Program-made: the position numbers and the translations under genes
Part shown: positions 21,028 through 31,529 of the stretch, piece after piece
Layout of the letters: every line of letters begins with the position of its first letter
How positions within the stretch are numbered: position 1 is the first letter of the stretch
Assembly: GCA_963782055.1 (NCBI GenBank)
Contig: CAWAIF010000003.1
Span: 4,384,001 to 4,448,000, forward strand
Direction: 5' to 3'
Origin: an uncultured delta proteobacterium
GTDB taxonomy: Bacteria > Myxococcota_A > Polyangia > Polyangiales > Polyangiaceae
DNA: 64,000 nt
Notes under the pieces: model-generated
Told to the model about the DNA's origin: nothing
What the model saw: only the letters and a program-made list of their open reading frames with translations
Databases searched by the model: none

Positions 21028-21450
21028 CTGGAGGCCGTGAACGTTGGAAAGGGGGAGCGACGCTGGGAGGCCGATGGGGCCGCGGTCGTGCTCGAGCAGC
21101 CGGCGCGGGGCGTGCTGGTGTTTCGCATGTCCGGCCGGATGATGCCCGGCCTGGTCGAGCACTTCCGCGGCGCGGTGGCGCCGTTCGTCGCGGCGAACGA
21201 GCGGGTGGACCTCTTCTTCGACACCTTGAAGATGTCCGGCTATCACCCGCAGTTCCGCGATCGGATGACGGAATGGCACAGGGATATCAAGCCCCACACC
21301 CGCTCGGCGCATGTCTACGTGAGCTCGAAGCTCATCGGGATGGCGATCGCGATCGCGAACATGGTGACGGGCGGCATCCTGAAGAGTCACACCGACCGTA
21401 ACGCGTTCGAGCGCGCGATCTCCGCCGCCGTGCGCCAGACCGCGGCGTAG
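21028..21450 (+). CDS. Hypothetical STAS/SEC14-like protein (start uncertain)
   Basis: Protein-like 3' part of ORF 20731-21450. Confidence 0.5.
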   Translation: MEAVNVGKGERRWEADGAAVVLEQPARGVLVFRMSGRMMPGLVEHFRGAVAPFVAANERVDLFFDTLKMSGYHPQFRDRMTEWHRDIKPHTRSAHVYVSSKLIGMAIAIANMVTGGILKSHTDRNAFERAISAAVRQTAA

Positions 21451-21459
21451 GCGGGACGC

Positions 21460-21963
21460 ATGCGGGGGTTCCTTTTCCGTCGCGGCTTCGTGCTGCCGGT
21501 GGTGGTGGTCGGCGTGATCCCAGCCGCGATCCTGATCGTCCTCCACGGCGGGCTCGCCCTGTCGCCGGCGGCGCTCTCCGTCGGCGCGGTCGTCTTCGGG
21601 ATCGGCTTCGCGCTGCTGCTGTCGACCACGCGTCTGTTCAGCAAGAACGGCGGCAGCCTCGCCCCGTGGAATCCGCCGAAGCGCATGGTGGCGAGCGGCC
21701 CGTATCGCTACCTGCGCAATCCGATGATCCTCGGCATCTTCGTGATGCTGGTCGGCCTCGCCGTCGGCTTCGAGTCGCGAGCGATCGCGATCTGGTTTGC
21801 GATCTTCTTCGCCGCCAAGCAGATCTACATCCGCTTCGACGAGGAGCCGGCGCTGCGGAAGCGCTTCGGAGAGGACTACGCCGCCTACTGCGCGGAGGTA
21901 CCCCGGTGGATCCCGCGGCTTTCGCCGGCGAAGGAGCGTCGATCCCGCTCGTCCCAGGCCTGA
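21460..21963 (+). CDS. Isoprenylcysteine carboxyl methyltransferase/PEMT family
   Basis: GPYRYLRNPM, EEPALRKRFGEDY, VPRWIP. Confidence 0.85.
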   Translation: MRGFLFRRGFVLPVVVVGVIPAAILIVLHGGLALSPAALSVGAVVFGIGFALLLSTTRLFSKNGGSLAPWNPPKRMVASGPYRYLRNPMILGIFVMLVGLAVGFESRAIAIWFAIFFAAKQIYIRFDEEPALRKRFGEDYAAYCAEVPRWIPRLSPAKERRSRSSQA

Positions 21964-22130
21964 GCAACGAAGCCCTCGGAGCAGATCGACGAGCGCATCG
22001 CAGGCATCACCGACTGGCGCGGCGAGATACTCGCCGCGATCCGGCGGATCTTGCTGGAAGCCGACCCGGCGGTCATGGAGGACTGGAAGTGGATGGGGAC
22101 CCCCGTCTGGGACTGCGACGGGATGGTCTC
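21964..22130 (+). pseudogene. Truncated DUF1801 (YdhG-like) fragment
   Basis: PSEQIDERIAGITDWRGEILAAIRRILLEADPAVMEDWKWMGTPVW, then similarity is lost; no proper start. Confidence 0.6.
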
Positions 22131-22244
22131 TCTCACCCGACGGGCAAGGCAGCTCCCGGCCCCGCCCGGAAGGTCGCCCGCCGCGCGGCCTCGACTCTCC
22201 CGCTCTCTCCCGACCGGAGGCGCGCGCGCGAGGGCGGGCGCGAA

Positions 22245-24269
22245 TCACCGGGCCGCGACCTGCCGCCGGATCTCCGCCAGCGTCCAGCGCGCGGTCTCCT
22301 CCGCCCCCTTCCCGTCCGGGTGCAGGCCATCCGGGCGAATCGGCTCGCCGTCGCTGAAGATGACGCAATCGGGCGTCGGGCACACGTGCCTGGCCACGTC
22401 CACCGTCGGGAAGTGGTGCGCCGCCGCGACGCTCGCGAGCAGCCCGTTGAAGCAGTCGACGTGCTGCACCGTGTCGCGCGCGCGCCACCGGCCGAGCGGA
22501 TAGGGCACCAGCGTGATCACCACCTGCCCGGCGTCCTTGCCCATGGCCGCGATGAGCTCCTCCAGCCGCGCGCGGTAAGCCTGCTGCCAGCCGGCGTCGC
22601 ACGACCACTCGTACTTGCCGTCCTGGTCGATCTTGGCGAGGTACGCGCCGCCCAGCACGATGAGCGTCACGTCCGGCTTCACCTCCCTCACGTCCGACGC
22701 CCAGTGCGCCGCGCACCCGCCGGCGTCGTTCTGCTTCCCCGCGGTGTGCCCGGCGTGGAAGATCTGGCTCCGCAGGATGCTGCAGTTGCCCACCCCGCGC
22801 TCGGCGACGAAGGCGTGCGCGCTCTCTTGCCGGTAGCGCAGCGCCACCCCCAGCTTGCCCGCCACCGAGTCGCCCAGCGTGAGGATGCGCAGCGTCCCTG
22901 GCGGCAGCGCGCTCGCCGGCGGCAGCGTGTGGCTGTCGACGGAGTACGGCGTGGGCCACAGCGTGTCGAGGATCGCCTTCATCGGCGGCCGCGGCGCGAC
23001 CTGCTTCGGCGTCGCCCTCGGGAAGGTGGCCCAGACCACCACCAGCGCCGCCCCCGCGAACGCCGACGGCACGACGAACCGTGCCCGCGCGAAGGTGAGG
23101 CCGTGGACGCGGATCGGCCGCTCCAGGTACCGGTAGGAGGTGACCGCGATGCCGAAGGTGACCGCCAGCCGCACCATCTCCAGCCACGGCTCGCGCAGGT
23201 GCGTGCGCTCCAGCGTCAGCACGCAGTCCACCGGCCAGTGCCAGAGGTAGACGCCGTAGCTGATGGTGCCCACGTACGCGAGCGGCCGGAAGGAGAGGCC
23301 GCGCGCGACGAAGCTCGCCGGGCCGCACACCGCGCAGGCGATGAGCGCCAGACACGCCAGCTCGGTGAGCCAGAAGCCGCCGTGGTAGAGGAAGGGCGAC
23401 TGACCGTCGAGCGCGAGCCACGCAGAGGTCGTGCCGGCGAGCGCGACGAAGCCGAGGACGTCGAGCACGCGCACCTTCGCGCCGAGCCTCGCGCCGAGAT
23501 CCCTCGACGGCGGGAAGGTGAGCGCGAGCACCGCGCCGGCCAGGATGGCGGCGGCGCGGGTGTCGGTGCGGAAGTACGCGCGCGAGGTGGCGTCGGGATC
23601 GTAGGCGTGGAGCATCGCCACGACCGACAGCCCCAGCAGCACCAGCGTCACCCCCAGCATCACGCGCCGGCCGCGGCGCAGCACCACCAGCACCAGCGTG
23701 AAGAGCAGCGGCCAGACGACGTAGAACTGCTCCTCGATCGCCAGGCTCCAGGTGTGCTCCAGCGGCGAGGGCGCGGCGAAGAGCTGCCAGTAGCTCTTCT
23801 GGGAGAAGACGGCGCGCCAGTTGGCGACGTACCCGAGCGTCGCCAGCGCGTCGCCGCGCAGGGAGGCGAGCTCGTCCGGCTTGGCGAACACTACCGCGTA
23901 GAGCGCCACCGCGGGCATCAGCGAGAGCAGCGCGGGGAAGAGGCGTCGCGCGCGGCGCACCCAGAAGTGGGCGAGGTCCACGCGACCGGTGTCGCGCACC
24001 TCGGCGAGCAGGATGCTGGTGATGAGATAACCGGAGAGGACGAAGAAGAGGTCGACGCCCAGGTAGCCGCCGGGCAGCAGGCCGTTGGCGTGGAAGAAGA
24101 CGACGCCCAGCACCGCAAGCCCGCGCAGGCCATCCAGGCCGGGCAGGTGTGGGATGCCGCGCTTCACCCGGGGGGTGGGCGCGGTCGGCTGTGCGGTCAC
24201 GTCGTCGGCCACGGCGAGGCCGGGCACCATAGCCGGAGCCGGCCCCAGTTTCGAGTCGGGAGCGATCAC
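22245..24269 (-). CDS. Acyltransferase-3 + SGNH hydrolase (OatA-like O-acyltransferase)
   Basis: LDGLRGLAV, GVDLFFVLSG, HTWSLAIEEQFY, GDS, DGLH. Confidence 0.9.
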   Translation of the reverse strand: MIAPDSKLGPAPAMVPGLAVADDVTAQPTAPTPRVKRGIPHLPGLDGLRGLAVLGVVFFHANGLLPGGYLGVDLFFVLSGYLITSILLAEVRDTGRVDLAHFWVRRARRLFPALLSLMPAVALYAVVFAKPDELASLRGDALATLGYVANWRAVFSQKSYWQLFAAPSPLEHTWSLAIEEQFYVVWPLLFTLVLVVLRRGRRVMLGVTLVLLGLSVVAMLHAYDPDATSRAYFRTDTRAAAILAGAVLALTFPPSRDLGARLGAKVRVLDVLGFVALAGTTSAWLALDGQSPFLYHGGFWLTELACLALIACAVCGPASFVARGLSFRPLAYVGTISYGVYLWHWPVDCVLTLERTHLREPWLEMVRLAVTFGIAVTSYRYLERPIRVHGLTFARARFVVPSAFAGAALVVVWATFPRATPKQVAPRPPMKAILDTLWPTPYSVDSHTLPPASALPPGTLRILTLGDSVAGKLGVALRYRQESAHAFVAERGVGNCSILRSQIFHAGHTAGKQNDAGGCAAHWASDVREVKPDVTLIVLGGAYLAKIDQDGKYEWSCDAGWQQAYRARLEELIAAMGKDAGQVVITLVPYPLGRWRARDTVQHVDCFNGLLASVAAAHHFPTVDVARHVCPTPDCVIFSDGEPIRPDGLHPDGKGAEETARWTLAEIRRQVAAR

Positions 24270-24317
24270 CCCGGCGGAGGCGGGCGCGCCCAGGTTGAGC
24301 TATAGAGGCGTGGCCTC

Positions 24318-25577
24318 ATGTCGATCGCCAGCATCCGCCTTCTCGCCTTGCTTCCGCTTCTTCTCTGCCTCGGCTGTGGCGAGAGCACGCCCGCCGGCCC
24401 GGACGACGCCGGCGCCGACGAGGACGCCGACGCGGGCATCCCCTGCGAGGGCAGCGGCATCAGCAAGGGCCCCTGGGTGCTCGCCATGGATGAGACGCAC
24501 GTCACGGTGCGCTGGGAGGCGTGCCGCGCCGGCACCTCCGGCGACATCACCTACGTGCCCGAGGCGGGCGGCGCCGCCGCCACGGCCACCGCCACCGAGA
24601 CGCCGACGGTGGTGACGACGACGTTCAGCGCCCCGCTCAACCCCAACGCCACGCCGGACTACGCGGGCACCTGGTACATGCACGACGCCGCGCTCTCCGG
24701 CCTGGCGCCGGCCACCTGCTACACCTACGCCCTCGCCGCCGACGCGACCCGCACCGGGCGCTTCTGCACCTCGCGCAAGCCGGGCGATCCCATCCGCTTC
24801 CTCGCCATCGGCGACACCAACCCCGCGCTGGGCGACTCCACGACGAACGTGCTCAGCCACGTGCTGCCGAAGAACCCCGACTTCACCCTGCATCTGGGCG
24901 ACATCGAGTACTACGACTCCACGCTGGAGACCTGGGCGCTCTGGGCCGGGAAGATGCAGCCGCTGCTGTCGCAGGGCGCCTTCCTCCCCGCCGTCGGCAA
25001 CCACGAGCTGGAGAAGCCGACGGAGTATGCAGAGTACACCCTTCGCTTCTTCCACGGCGCGGGCTTCGACGGCAACGACGAGCACTACCACTTCGAATCG
25101 GGGGGCGTGCACTTCTTCGTGCTGGATACGCAGGAGCCCACCGACGGCAGCTCGGCGCAGGCGGCGTGGTTCGCCGAGCAGATCGTCGAGGCGGAGCAGC
25201 AGCCGGGCTACCGCTTCTCCATCGTCTACTTCCACAAGCCCTTCGTGACGTGTGGAGACACCGGCGACGACCCGGCGGCGCGCCAGTACTTCGAGCCGCT
25301 CTTCCTCCAGCACAAGGTGCCGCTCGTCCTCCAGGCGCACATGCACGGCTACGAGCGCTTCGAGATCGGCGCGCTCACGTACGTGACGAGCGGCGGGGGC
25401 GGCGGCGCCATCGGCGACGTGAACCAGAACGTCTCGCGCAGCTACTGCAGCGACCGCGTGGTGTCCGGCGGCTTCTTCAACGGCACCGTCATCGACGTGG
25501 ACGCCACCACGCTCACCGGCACGGTCATCGACGACCAGGGCGTGGTGAGGGACACTTTCCAGAAGACGGTGCCCTGA
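24318..25577 (+). CDS. Purple acid phosphatase-like metallophosphoesterase lipoprotein
   Basis: Lipobox LGC; GD, GDIEY, GNHE, HMHGYER. Confidence 0.85.
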   Translation: MSIASIRLLALLPLLLCLGCGESTPAGPDDAGADEDADAGIPCEGSGISKGPWVLAMDETHVTVRWEACRAGTSGDITYVPEAGGAAATATATETPTVVTTTFSAPLNPNATPDYAGTWYMHDAALSGLAPATCYTYALAADATRTGRFCTSRKPGDPIRFLAIGDTNPALGDSTTNVLSHVLPKNPDFTLHLGDIEYYDSTLETWALWAGKMQPLLSQGAFLPAVGNHELEKPTEYAEYTLRFFHGAGFDGNDEHYHFESGGVHFFVLDTQEPTDGSSAQAAWFAEQIVEAEQQPGYRFSIVYFHKPFVTCGDTGDDPAARQYFEPLFLQHKVPLVLQAHMHGYERFEIGALTYVTSGGGGGAIGDVNQNVSRSYCSDRVVSGGFFNGTVIDVDATTLTGTVIDDQGVVRDTFQKTVP

Positions 25578-25730
25578 GCCGGTTCGTGCGCGCGCATTTC
25601 TGAAGCGGACGGCGCTGAGCGCGGGGTGTCCGGGGTGTCCGGATGACTGTCCGCGGCCACCCCCCAGGCAGCGCATATCCCGAAGATCGCACCCGTTTCC
25701 TGCTGGCATGGGACGCGCACTGGCCAGGGC

Positions 25731-27452
25731 GTGTCGTCCCTCGCCGCGCCGTACGCGCCTCGGCAGCCCACCGAGACGCCGCTCTACCGCCTCGTCCGCG
25801 CCGGCCTGCAGACCTTCCTCCGCTGGGCGCGCGAGAGCTACAGCAAGCCCGTCCCCCGCTACGTCCAGCAGGATCTCCGCGGCTACCTGAAGTGCGGCGT
25901 CTTTCGCCACGGCTTCCTGCGCGCGCATTGCGACGCCTGCGGCCACGATCTGCTCGTCGCGTTCTCCTGCAAGGGCCGCGGCGTCTGCCCGAGCTGCGCG
26001 GGACGCCGCATGGCGAACACCGCCGCCCACCTGGTCGACCGCGTCCTCCCGGACGTCCCCCTCCGCCAGTACGTCCTGTCCCTTCCGTACGAGCTCCGCC
26101 GCCTCGCCGCCTTCGACCCCGTGGTGCTCCGCGCGCTCGCGCGCATCTTCGCGGACGCCATCTTCGCCAGCCACCGCCGCCGCGCCCGCGCAGCGGGGTT
26201 CGATCAGGTCGCCAGCGGCGCGGTCACCTGCGTCCAGCGCTTCGGGGGGAGCCTCAACCTCAACGTCCACTTCCACACCATCGTCATGGACGGCGTCTTC
26301 CTGCGCGAGCCGGACGGCTCCCTCGGCTTCGTGCCCTTGCCGATGCCCACCCGCGCCGAGCTGCAGCAGCTCGTCACCGCCGTCAGCCGTCGCGCCATCG
26401 CGTGGCTCCGCCGCCACGGTCACCTCTCCGAGGATCCGGTGGACCTCGACGTCGAGCCGAGCGCCCTCGACGCCTGCGTGGCTCTCGCGATGCAGCGCCC
26501 GAAGGTGCTGAAGCTCGCGATCGACCCCGGCGGCGACGACGACGACGACGCAGCCGCCCCCGCCATGGCTCACCGCGCGGTGGAGGACACCGGCTTCAAC
26601 CTCCACGCCGGCGTCCGCGTCCGGGACAATCTCGCCCGCGAGCGCCTCTGCCGCTACGCCCTGCGCCCCGCGCTCGCCCTCTCGCGCCTACGCCTCCTGC
26701 GCGACGGCCGCGTCGCCTACCGCGTCAAGCAGCCGCGCGCGGGCAAGGCGAAGCACATGATCCTCACTCCGGTGGAGCTCCTCGCCCGCGTCGCCGCGCT
26801 CGTCCCGCCGCCGCGCTACCCACTTGTCCGCTACCACGGTGTCCTCGCCCCCCGATCGTCGTGGCGGAAGCTCGTGGTCCCCAGGCCGCGTGAGCCGTCC
26901 GCCCCGTCCTGCGGGCCTCCGCGTCCTTCGCGCCCCCTCGTCCCCGCGAAACCCGGGCAGCCCATCGAGAGGCGGGCGCATCGCGACACCACACATGCGG
27001 CAGAGAGGCCCGACCCCGTGCGCCGCGATCCCGCGGGGGCGGCCAGCACCACGAGCGCGCCGCCCGCGGGCCAGCTCGCCCTCCCCCTCCCGGTCCCGCC
27101 ACCCGCGCCCGAGACCGCCGCACCCGCGGCCGCCGCAGACCTCCACGTGCGCCGTCTCGCACCCAACGTCGTCGCCGTGGGCCACTGGGAGCGCCTTCGC
27201 CGCGGCCTTCTCTACGCAGCGACATCCCGCATCGACTGGCCGCGCCTGCTCCGCCGCACCTTCGAGATCGACGTGCTCCAGTGCCCGACCTGCGGGGGCC
27301 GCCTCCGTCCCCTCGCCGTCATCACCGACGACGCCGCCGTGGTCCGCATCCTCCGCGCTCTCGACCTCCCCGCCGAAGCCCCCGCACCTGCCCGCGCCCG
27401 CGATCCGACCGACCTCCTCGACCTCGCCGCAGACGACCCCCCCGCCGCCTGA
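25731..27452 (+). CDS. ISCR/IS91-family rolling-circle HUH transposase, intact (573 aa)
   Basis: Zn-binding CDAC...SCKGRGVCPSC, HUH motif NVHFH, single catalytic Tyr RYALRP, RYHGVLAP, C-terminal WPRLLRRTFEIDVLQCPTCGG. Confidence 0.9.
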   Translation: MSSLAAPYAPRQPTETPLYRLVRAGLQTFLRWARESYSKPVPRYVQQDLRGYLKCGVFRHGFLRAHCDACGHDLLVAFSCKGRGVCPSCAGRRMANTAAHLVDRVLPDVPLRQYVLSLPYELRRLAAFDPVVLRALARIFADAIFASHRRRARAAGFDQVASGAVTCVQRFGGSLNLNVHFHTIVMDGVFLREPDGSLGFVPLPMPTRAELQQLVTAVSRRAIAWLRRHGHLSEDPVDLDVEPSALDACVALAMQRPKVLKLAIDPGGDDDDDAAAPAMAHRAVEDTGFNLHAGVRVRDNLARERLCRYALRPALALSRLRLLRDGRVAYRVKQPRAGKAKHMILTPVELLARVAALVPPPRYPLVRYHGVLAPRSSWRKLVVPRPREPSAPSCGPPRPSRPLVPAKPGQPIERRAHRDTTHAAERPDPVRRDPAGAASTTSAPPAGQLALPLPVPPPAPETAAPAAAADLHVRRLAPNVVAVGHWERLRRGLLYAATSRIDWPRLLRRTFEIDVLQCPTCGGRLRPLAVITDDAAVVRILRALDLPAEAPAPARARDPTDLLDLAADDPPAA

Positions 27453-27488
27453 CCACGCGGCAGCGCGCCCGTCCGACTAGCGCGTGCT

Positions 27489-27588
27489 CACCCTGGTCCG
27501 TCCTTCCAGTGACACCGGACGGCCCCACTTCGCATAAGATGGATTCCGTAAACTTTCGCGCCCGACCGCGCTAGGATTTCCTATGCGC
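27489..27588 (+). repeat. Repeat A copy R1
   Basis: Direct sequence match. Confidence 0.97.
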
Positions 27589-27901
27589 TACGTTCCGGCC
27601 AGGGCTCATCGAAGGTGAAACCCTCTAGCATGCTGAGTCGGCCAGAACGGATGAAGAGCACGAATCCGACACCGCGGACTAGGCCGCCGACCTCTGCGTA
27701 AACATCGCTGATCTGGAAGTCTCCATCTGCGAGTGGTGCGCCTGCATCCACAGCGAAGTCGCAAAAAAAGCCGACGCCAGTTCGCCTCCGCCCGACAACG
27801 CGAGCCGCATCGGCCTGTAGTCGAAGGGTAGCTAGTGTCGGATCATCGCCGGCGAGTTGCTTGTCGAGCACGGCGCGTTCCAATGTGCTTAAGTTATCCA
27901 T
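27581..27901 (-). CDS. Immunity-protein-like hypothetical; stop codon supplied by R1
   Basis: GGAGGT RBS; TGVGFFCDF...GFVLFIRSGRLSMLEGFTFDEPWP; lower GC. Confidence 0.55.
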   Translation of the reverse strand: MDNLSTLERAVLDKQLAGDDPTLATLRLQADAARVVGRRRTGVGFFCDFAVDAGAPLADGDFQISDVYAEVGGLVRGVGFVLFIRSGRLSMLEGFTFDEPWPERSA

Positions 27902-27928
27902 GTCAGGTCCGTACCTCCTAGCTAGGGA

Positions 27929-28028
27929 GCGCATAGGAAATCCTAGCGCGGTCGGGCGCGAAAGTTTACGAAATCCATCTTATGCGAAGTGGGGCCGTCC
28001 GGTGTCACTGGAAGGACGGACCAGGGTG
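27929..28028 (-). repeat. Repeat A copy R2 (inverted)
   Basis: Reverse complement of the consensus. Confidence 0.97.
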
Positions 28029-28487
28029 GATTACGCGCAACTTTATTCGGCATTGTATGACAGACTACGAGACGAAGCTCGCTGAGATCCATGGTCGCGT
28101 CGGGACGAATGATGCATATGTGGACTATATTCGCCCGAAGGTGGAGCGCGCGATCGACGAGAAGTACCCTGACCTGGTCGTAGCTGAGGTGGACGAGTCA
28201 TGATCCGCGGCGGGCTACGGCCGAACGCCTCAAGCAGCGGCCGTCCCGTCCGGTTCGCTTCTCGGTGCTCATCGGCGGCGAGCTGGTGCGGCTGCGGGCC
28301 GAGTGCGGGCCGGGCGACGAGTCGGAGCCGGTCATTACCATAATGTTGCCGGACGAGGATTGAAACGGAAGGAAAGGTCAAATCATGAAAGTAATAGAAT
28401 TCAACGCGGAAAAGATAGCCATGTTAGCGGTGGCCAACTTATTCGAGCAGGTGGAGTCGCTGCTCGAAAAGGTTGAAACGAGGAACT

Positions 28488-28588
28488 CACGTAGGTCCGG
28501 GTTTTCCAGTCGGAGCGAACGAACCTTTTCGTATGACGTGTGTTTCGTAAACTTTTCCCGCCCGATCGCGCTAGGATTTCCTATGTGC
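28488..28588 (+). repeat. Repeat A copy R3 (degenerate)
   Basis: 3' half TTTCGTAAACTTTTCCCGCCCGATCGCGCTAGGATTTCCTATGTGC well conserved; 5' half diverged (CACGTAGGTCCG..TTCCAGT). Confidence 0.8.
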
Positions 28589-28888
28589 CTCGCCTGGCGA
28601 GAACATGAAGCTCTCGTCGGCGTTCTGCATGACGTGCCCGTCGTCGGCGTCGAGCTCGCGGACCATGTCGCGACGAAGACGAGCGAGACCGCGCTGCACG
28701 TCGCTGAAGACGCACGGGAGGCCTGGTATGCTCTGGAAGAAGGGTCCGACGATGGACGGAGACCGTCGAGGGTGGTCCATGACCTACGAACGTGTCGCCT
28801 GGTGCTTTCTTCGTCGCTCGGTCAGCGCCGAGGCCATCGGCGGGAGGCTCGCTCCTTCGCCTCCCGAACCGCGACGATCCGCTCGACT

Positions 28889-28988
28889 CACCCTGGTCCG
28901 TCCTTCCAGTGACACCGGACGGCCCCACTTCGCATAAGATGGATTCCGTAAACTTTCGCGCCCGACCGCGCTAGGATTTCCTATGCGC
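28889..28988 (+). repeat. Repeat A copy R4
   Basis: Identical to R1. Confidence 0.97.
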
Positions 28989-29356
28989 CGCGAGCCGGGC
29001 GCGTTGGTGTGCGCGAGCTCGTCGACGAGGATGAGGGACGGCTTTCGTTCGAGCGCCTTGTCGAGGTCGAACTCCTCGACGGCGACGCCTCGGTGCTGCT
29101 CCTTGCGCCTCGGGAGCAGCTCGAGGCCGATGACGAGCCCCGCGGTGTCGTAGCGGCCGTGCGTCTCGACGATGCCGATGACTACGTCGCGGCCCCCGTC
29201 CTTCTCGAGGCGCGCCGCCTCGAGCATCGCGTACGTCTTGCCGACGCCGGGCGCCGCGCCGAAGAAGATGGTCAGCTTGCCGCGATGCTCGCGCTTCTCC
29301 TCCTCGGTGACCTGCCGGAGGAGCTCGTCGGGGTCGCGGCGCGCGCCGAGGGCCAT
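28989..29356 (-). pseudogene. kdpD: KdpD N-terminal fragment cut at R4
   Basis: GKLTIFFGAAPGVGKTYAML...LVDELAHTNAPGSR, then reads into the repeat. Confidence 0.92.
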
Positions 29357-29375
29357 TGACCGAAGATACCTCGGG

Positions 29376-31529
29376 TCAGACGAGATGGAGCGCGACGAGG
29401 ATGACGTCGATCAGCTTGATGCCCACGAACGGAACGACGACGCCGCCGAGGCCGTAAATCAGGAGGTTGCGGCGGAGCAGGGCCGCCGCGCCGAGCGCTC
29501 GGTACCGAACGCCCCGGAGGGCGAGCGGGATGAGAGCGATGATGACGAGGGCGTTGAAGATCACCGCGGAGAGGATCGCGCTCTTGGCGGTCTCGAGGTG
29601 CATGATGTTGAGCGCGCCGAGCGCCGGGTACGTGCCGAGGAAGACCGCCGGGATGATCGCGAAGTACTTGGCGACGTCGTTGGAGAGGCTGAAGGTCGTC
29701 AGCGCGCCCCTCGTGATGAGCAGCTGCTTGCCGATCTCGACGATCTCGATGAGCTTCGTGGGGTTCGAGTCGAGGTCGACCATGTTGCCGGCCTCCTTCG
29801 CGGCCTGCGTGCCGGAGTTCATCGCGACGGCCACGTCGGCCTGGGCGAGCGCCGGCGCGTCGTTCGTGCCGTCGCCGGTCATGGCGACGAGGCGCCCACC
29901 GGCCTGGTTCTCGCGGATGAGCTTGAGCTTGGTCTCGGGCGTGGCCTGCGCCAGGAAGTCGTCGACGCCGGCCTCGGCGGCGATCGCCGCCGCGGTCATC
30001 GGGTTGTCGCCGGTGATCATGATCGTCTTGATGCCCATGCGGCGGAGCTCGGAGAAGCGCTCCTTGATGCCACCTTTGACGATGTCCTTGAGCTCGATGA
30101 CGCCGAGCACCCTCTCGCGCTCGGCGACCACCAGCGGCGTCGCGCCGCGCTTGGCGATCGTGTCGACGGCGCGCTGCACGTCGCCCGGGAACGTGCCGCC
30201 CTTGGCGCGAACGTAGGCCTCGATCGCATCGGCGGCGCCTTTTCGGATCTCGCGATCCTTGGTGTCGACGCCGCTCATCCGGGTCTGCGCGCTGAAGGGA
30301 ACGAAGGTCGCGTCGAGGTCGGCCATCGCGCGCTCGCGCACGCCGAATTTCTCCTTCGCGAGGATGGTGATGCTCCGGCCCTCCGGGGTCTCGTCCGCGA
30401 TGGACGCGAGCTGGGCCGCCTCGGCGAGCGCCTCGGGCTTCACGCCCGGCGCGGGCACGAAGGACGACGCCTGGCGGTTGCCGAGCGTGATCGTCCCGGT
30501 CTTGTCGAGCAGGAGCACGTCGACGTCGCCCGCCGCCTCGACGGCCCGCCCCGAGGTGGCGATGACGTTGGCCTGGACCATGCGGTCCATTCCCGCGATG
30601 CCGATCGCGGAGAGCAGCGCGCCGATGGTCGTGGGGATGAGGCATACGAGCAGCGCGACGAGCGCGGTGATGCTGATCGGCTCCCCCTTTCCGGCCGCGT
30701 GCACGCTGAAGATGGAGAACGGCAGGAGCGTGACGCAGACGAAGAGGAAGATGATCGTGAGCGCGGCGAGGAGGATGTCGAGGGCGATCTCGTTGGGAGT
30801 CTTCTGGCGCTTGGCGCCCTCGACCATCGCGATCATGCGATCGAGGAAGGCCTCTCCGGGGTTGGCGCTCACGCGCACGATGATCCAGTCGGACAGGACG
30901 CGCGTCCCGCCGGTGACCGCGCTGCGATCGCCGCCGCTCTCGCGGATGACCGGCGCGCTCTCACCGGTGATCGCGCTCTCGTCGACCGAGGCGACGCCAA
31001 GGACGATCTCTCCGTCGACCGGGATGAAATCGCCGGTCTCGACGAGGACGACGTCGCCCTTGCGGAGCGCCGTCGACGCGACGCGCGTCACGGCGGCGTC
31101 GCGCTCCGGCCGCGCGAGCTGCTTGGCCTGGATGTCGCGGCGAGACTTGCGGAGCGCGTCGGCCTGCGCCTTGCCGCGCCCCTCGGCCATCGCCTCGGCG
31201 AAGTTGGCGAAGAGCACGGTGAACCAGAGCCAGGCGGAGATGGCGCCGATGAAACCGGGCGACGCCTCGCCGTGCCCCCCGAGCGCGTGGAAGAAGAGCA
31301 GCGTCGTCAGCAGGCTGCCGACCTCCACAACGAACATCACCGGGTTCTTGATCTGATGGCGCGGGTCGAGCTTCGCGAAGCTGGCGCCGATCGCGCCCTT
31401 GACGATCGCGGCCTCGAAGAGCGGGCGCGCGACGGCGCCTTTGTCGCCTTCGCCGGCGGCGCGATCGCGCGCGGGCGCCGCCGACGGCGCGCCGGGGGCG
31501 ACAGGTGCGGTGGGGTTCTCGTGTTTCAT
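29376..31529 (-). CDS. kdpB: K+-transporting P-type ATPase subunit B
   Basis: [27 protein letters not shown]. Confidence 0.96.
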   Translation of the reverse strand: MKHENPTAPVAPGAPSAAPARDRAAGEGDKGAVARPLFEAAIVKGAIGASFAKLDPRHQIKNPVMFVVEVGSLLTTLLFFHALGGHGEASPGFIGAISAWLWFTVLFANFAEAMAEGRGKAQADALRKSRRDIQAKQLARPERDAAVTRVASTALRKGDVVLVETGDFIPVDGEIVLGVASVDESAITGESAPVIRESGGDRSAVTGGTRVLSDWIIVRVSANPGEAFLDRMIAMVEGAKRQKTPNEIALDILLAALTIIFLFVCVTLLPFSIFSVHAAGKGEPISITALVALLVCLIPTTIGALLSAIGIAGMDRMVQANVIATSGRAVEAAGDVDVLLLDKTGTITLGNRQASSFVPAPGVKPEALAEAAQLASIADETPEGRSITILAKEKFGVRERAMADLDATFVPFSAQTRMSGVDTKDREIRKGAADAIEAYVRAKGGTFPGDVQRAVDTIAKRGATPLVVAERERVLGVIELKDIVKGGIKERFSELRRMGIKTIMITGDNPMTAAAIAAEAGVDDFLAQATPETKLKLIRENQAGGRLVAMTGDGTNDAPALAQADVAVAMNSGTQAAKEAGNMVDLDSNPTKLIEIVEIGKQLLITRGALTTFSLSNDVAKYFAIIPAVFLGTYPALGALNIMHLETAKSAILSAVIFNALVIIALIPLALRGVRYRALGAAALLRRNLLIYGLGGVVVPFVGIKLIDVILVALHLV

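Noticed and set aside
27509..27577. Sigma70 promoter inside repeat A
   Set aside because: -10-like hexamers (TAAGAT, TAAACT, TAGGAT) are present but no -35 at 16-18 bp spacing was convincing
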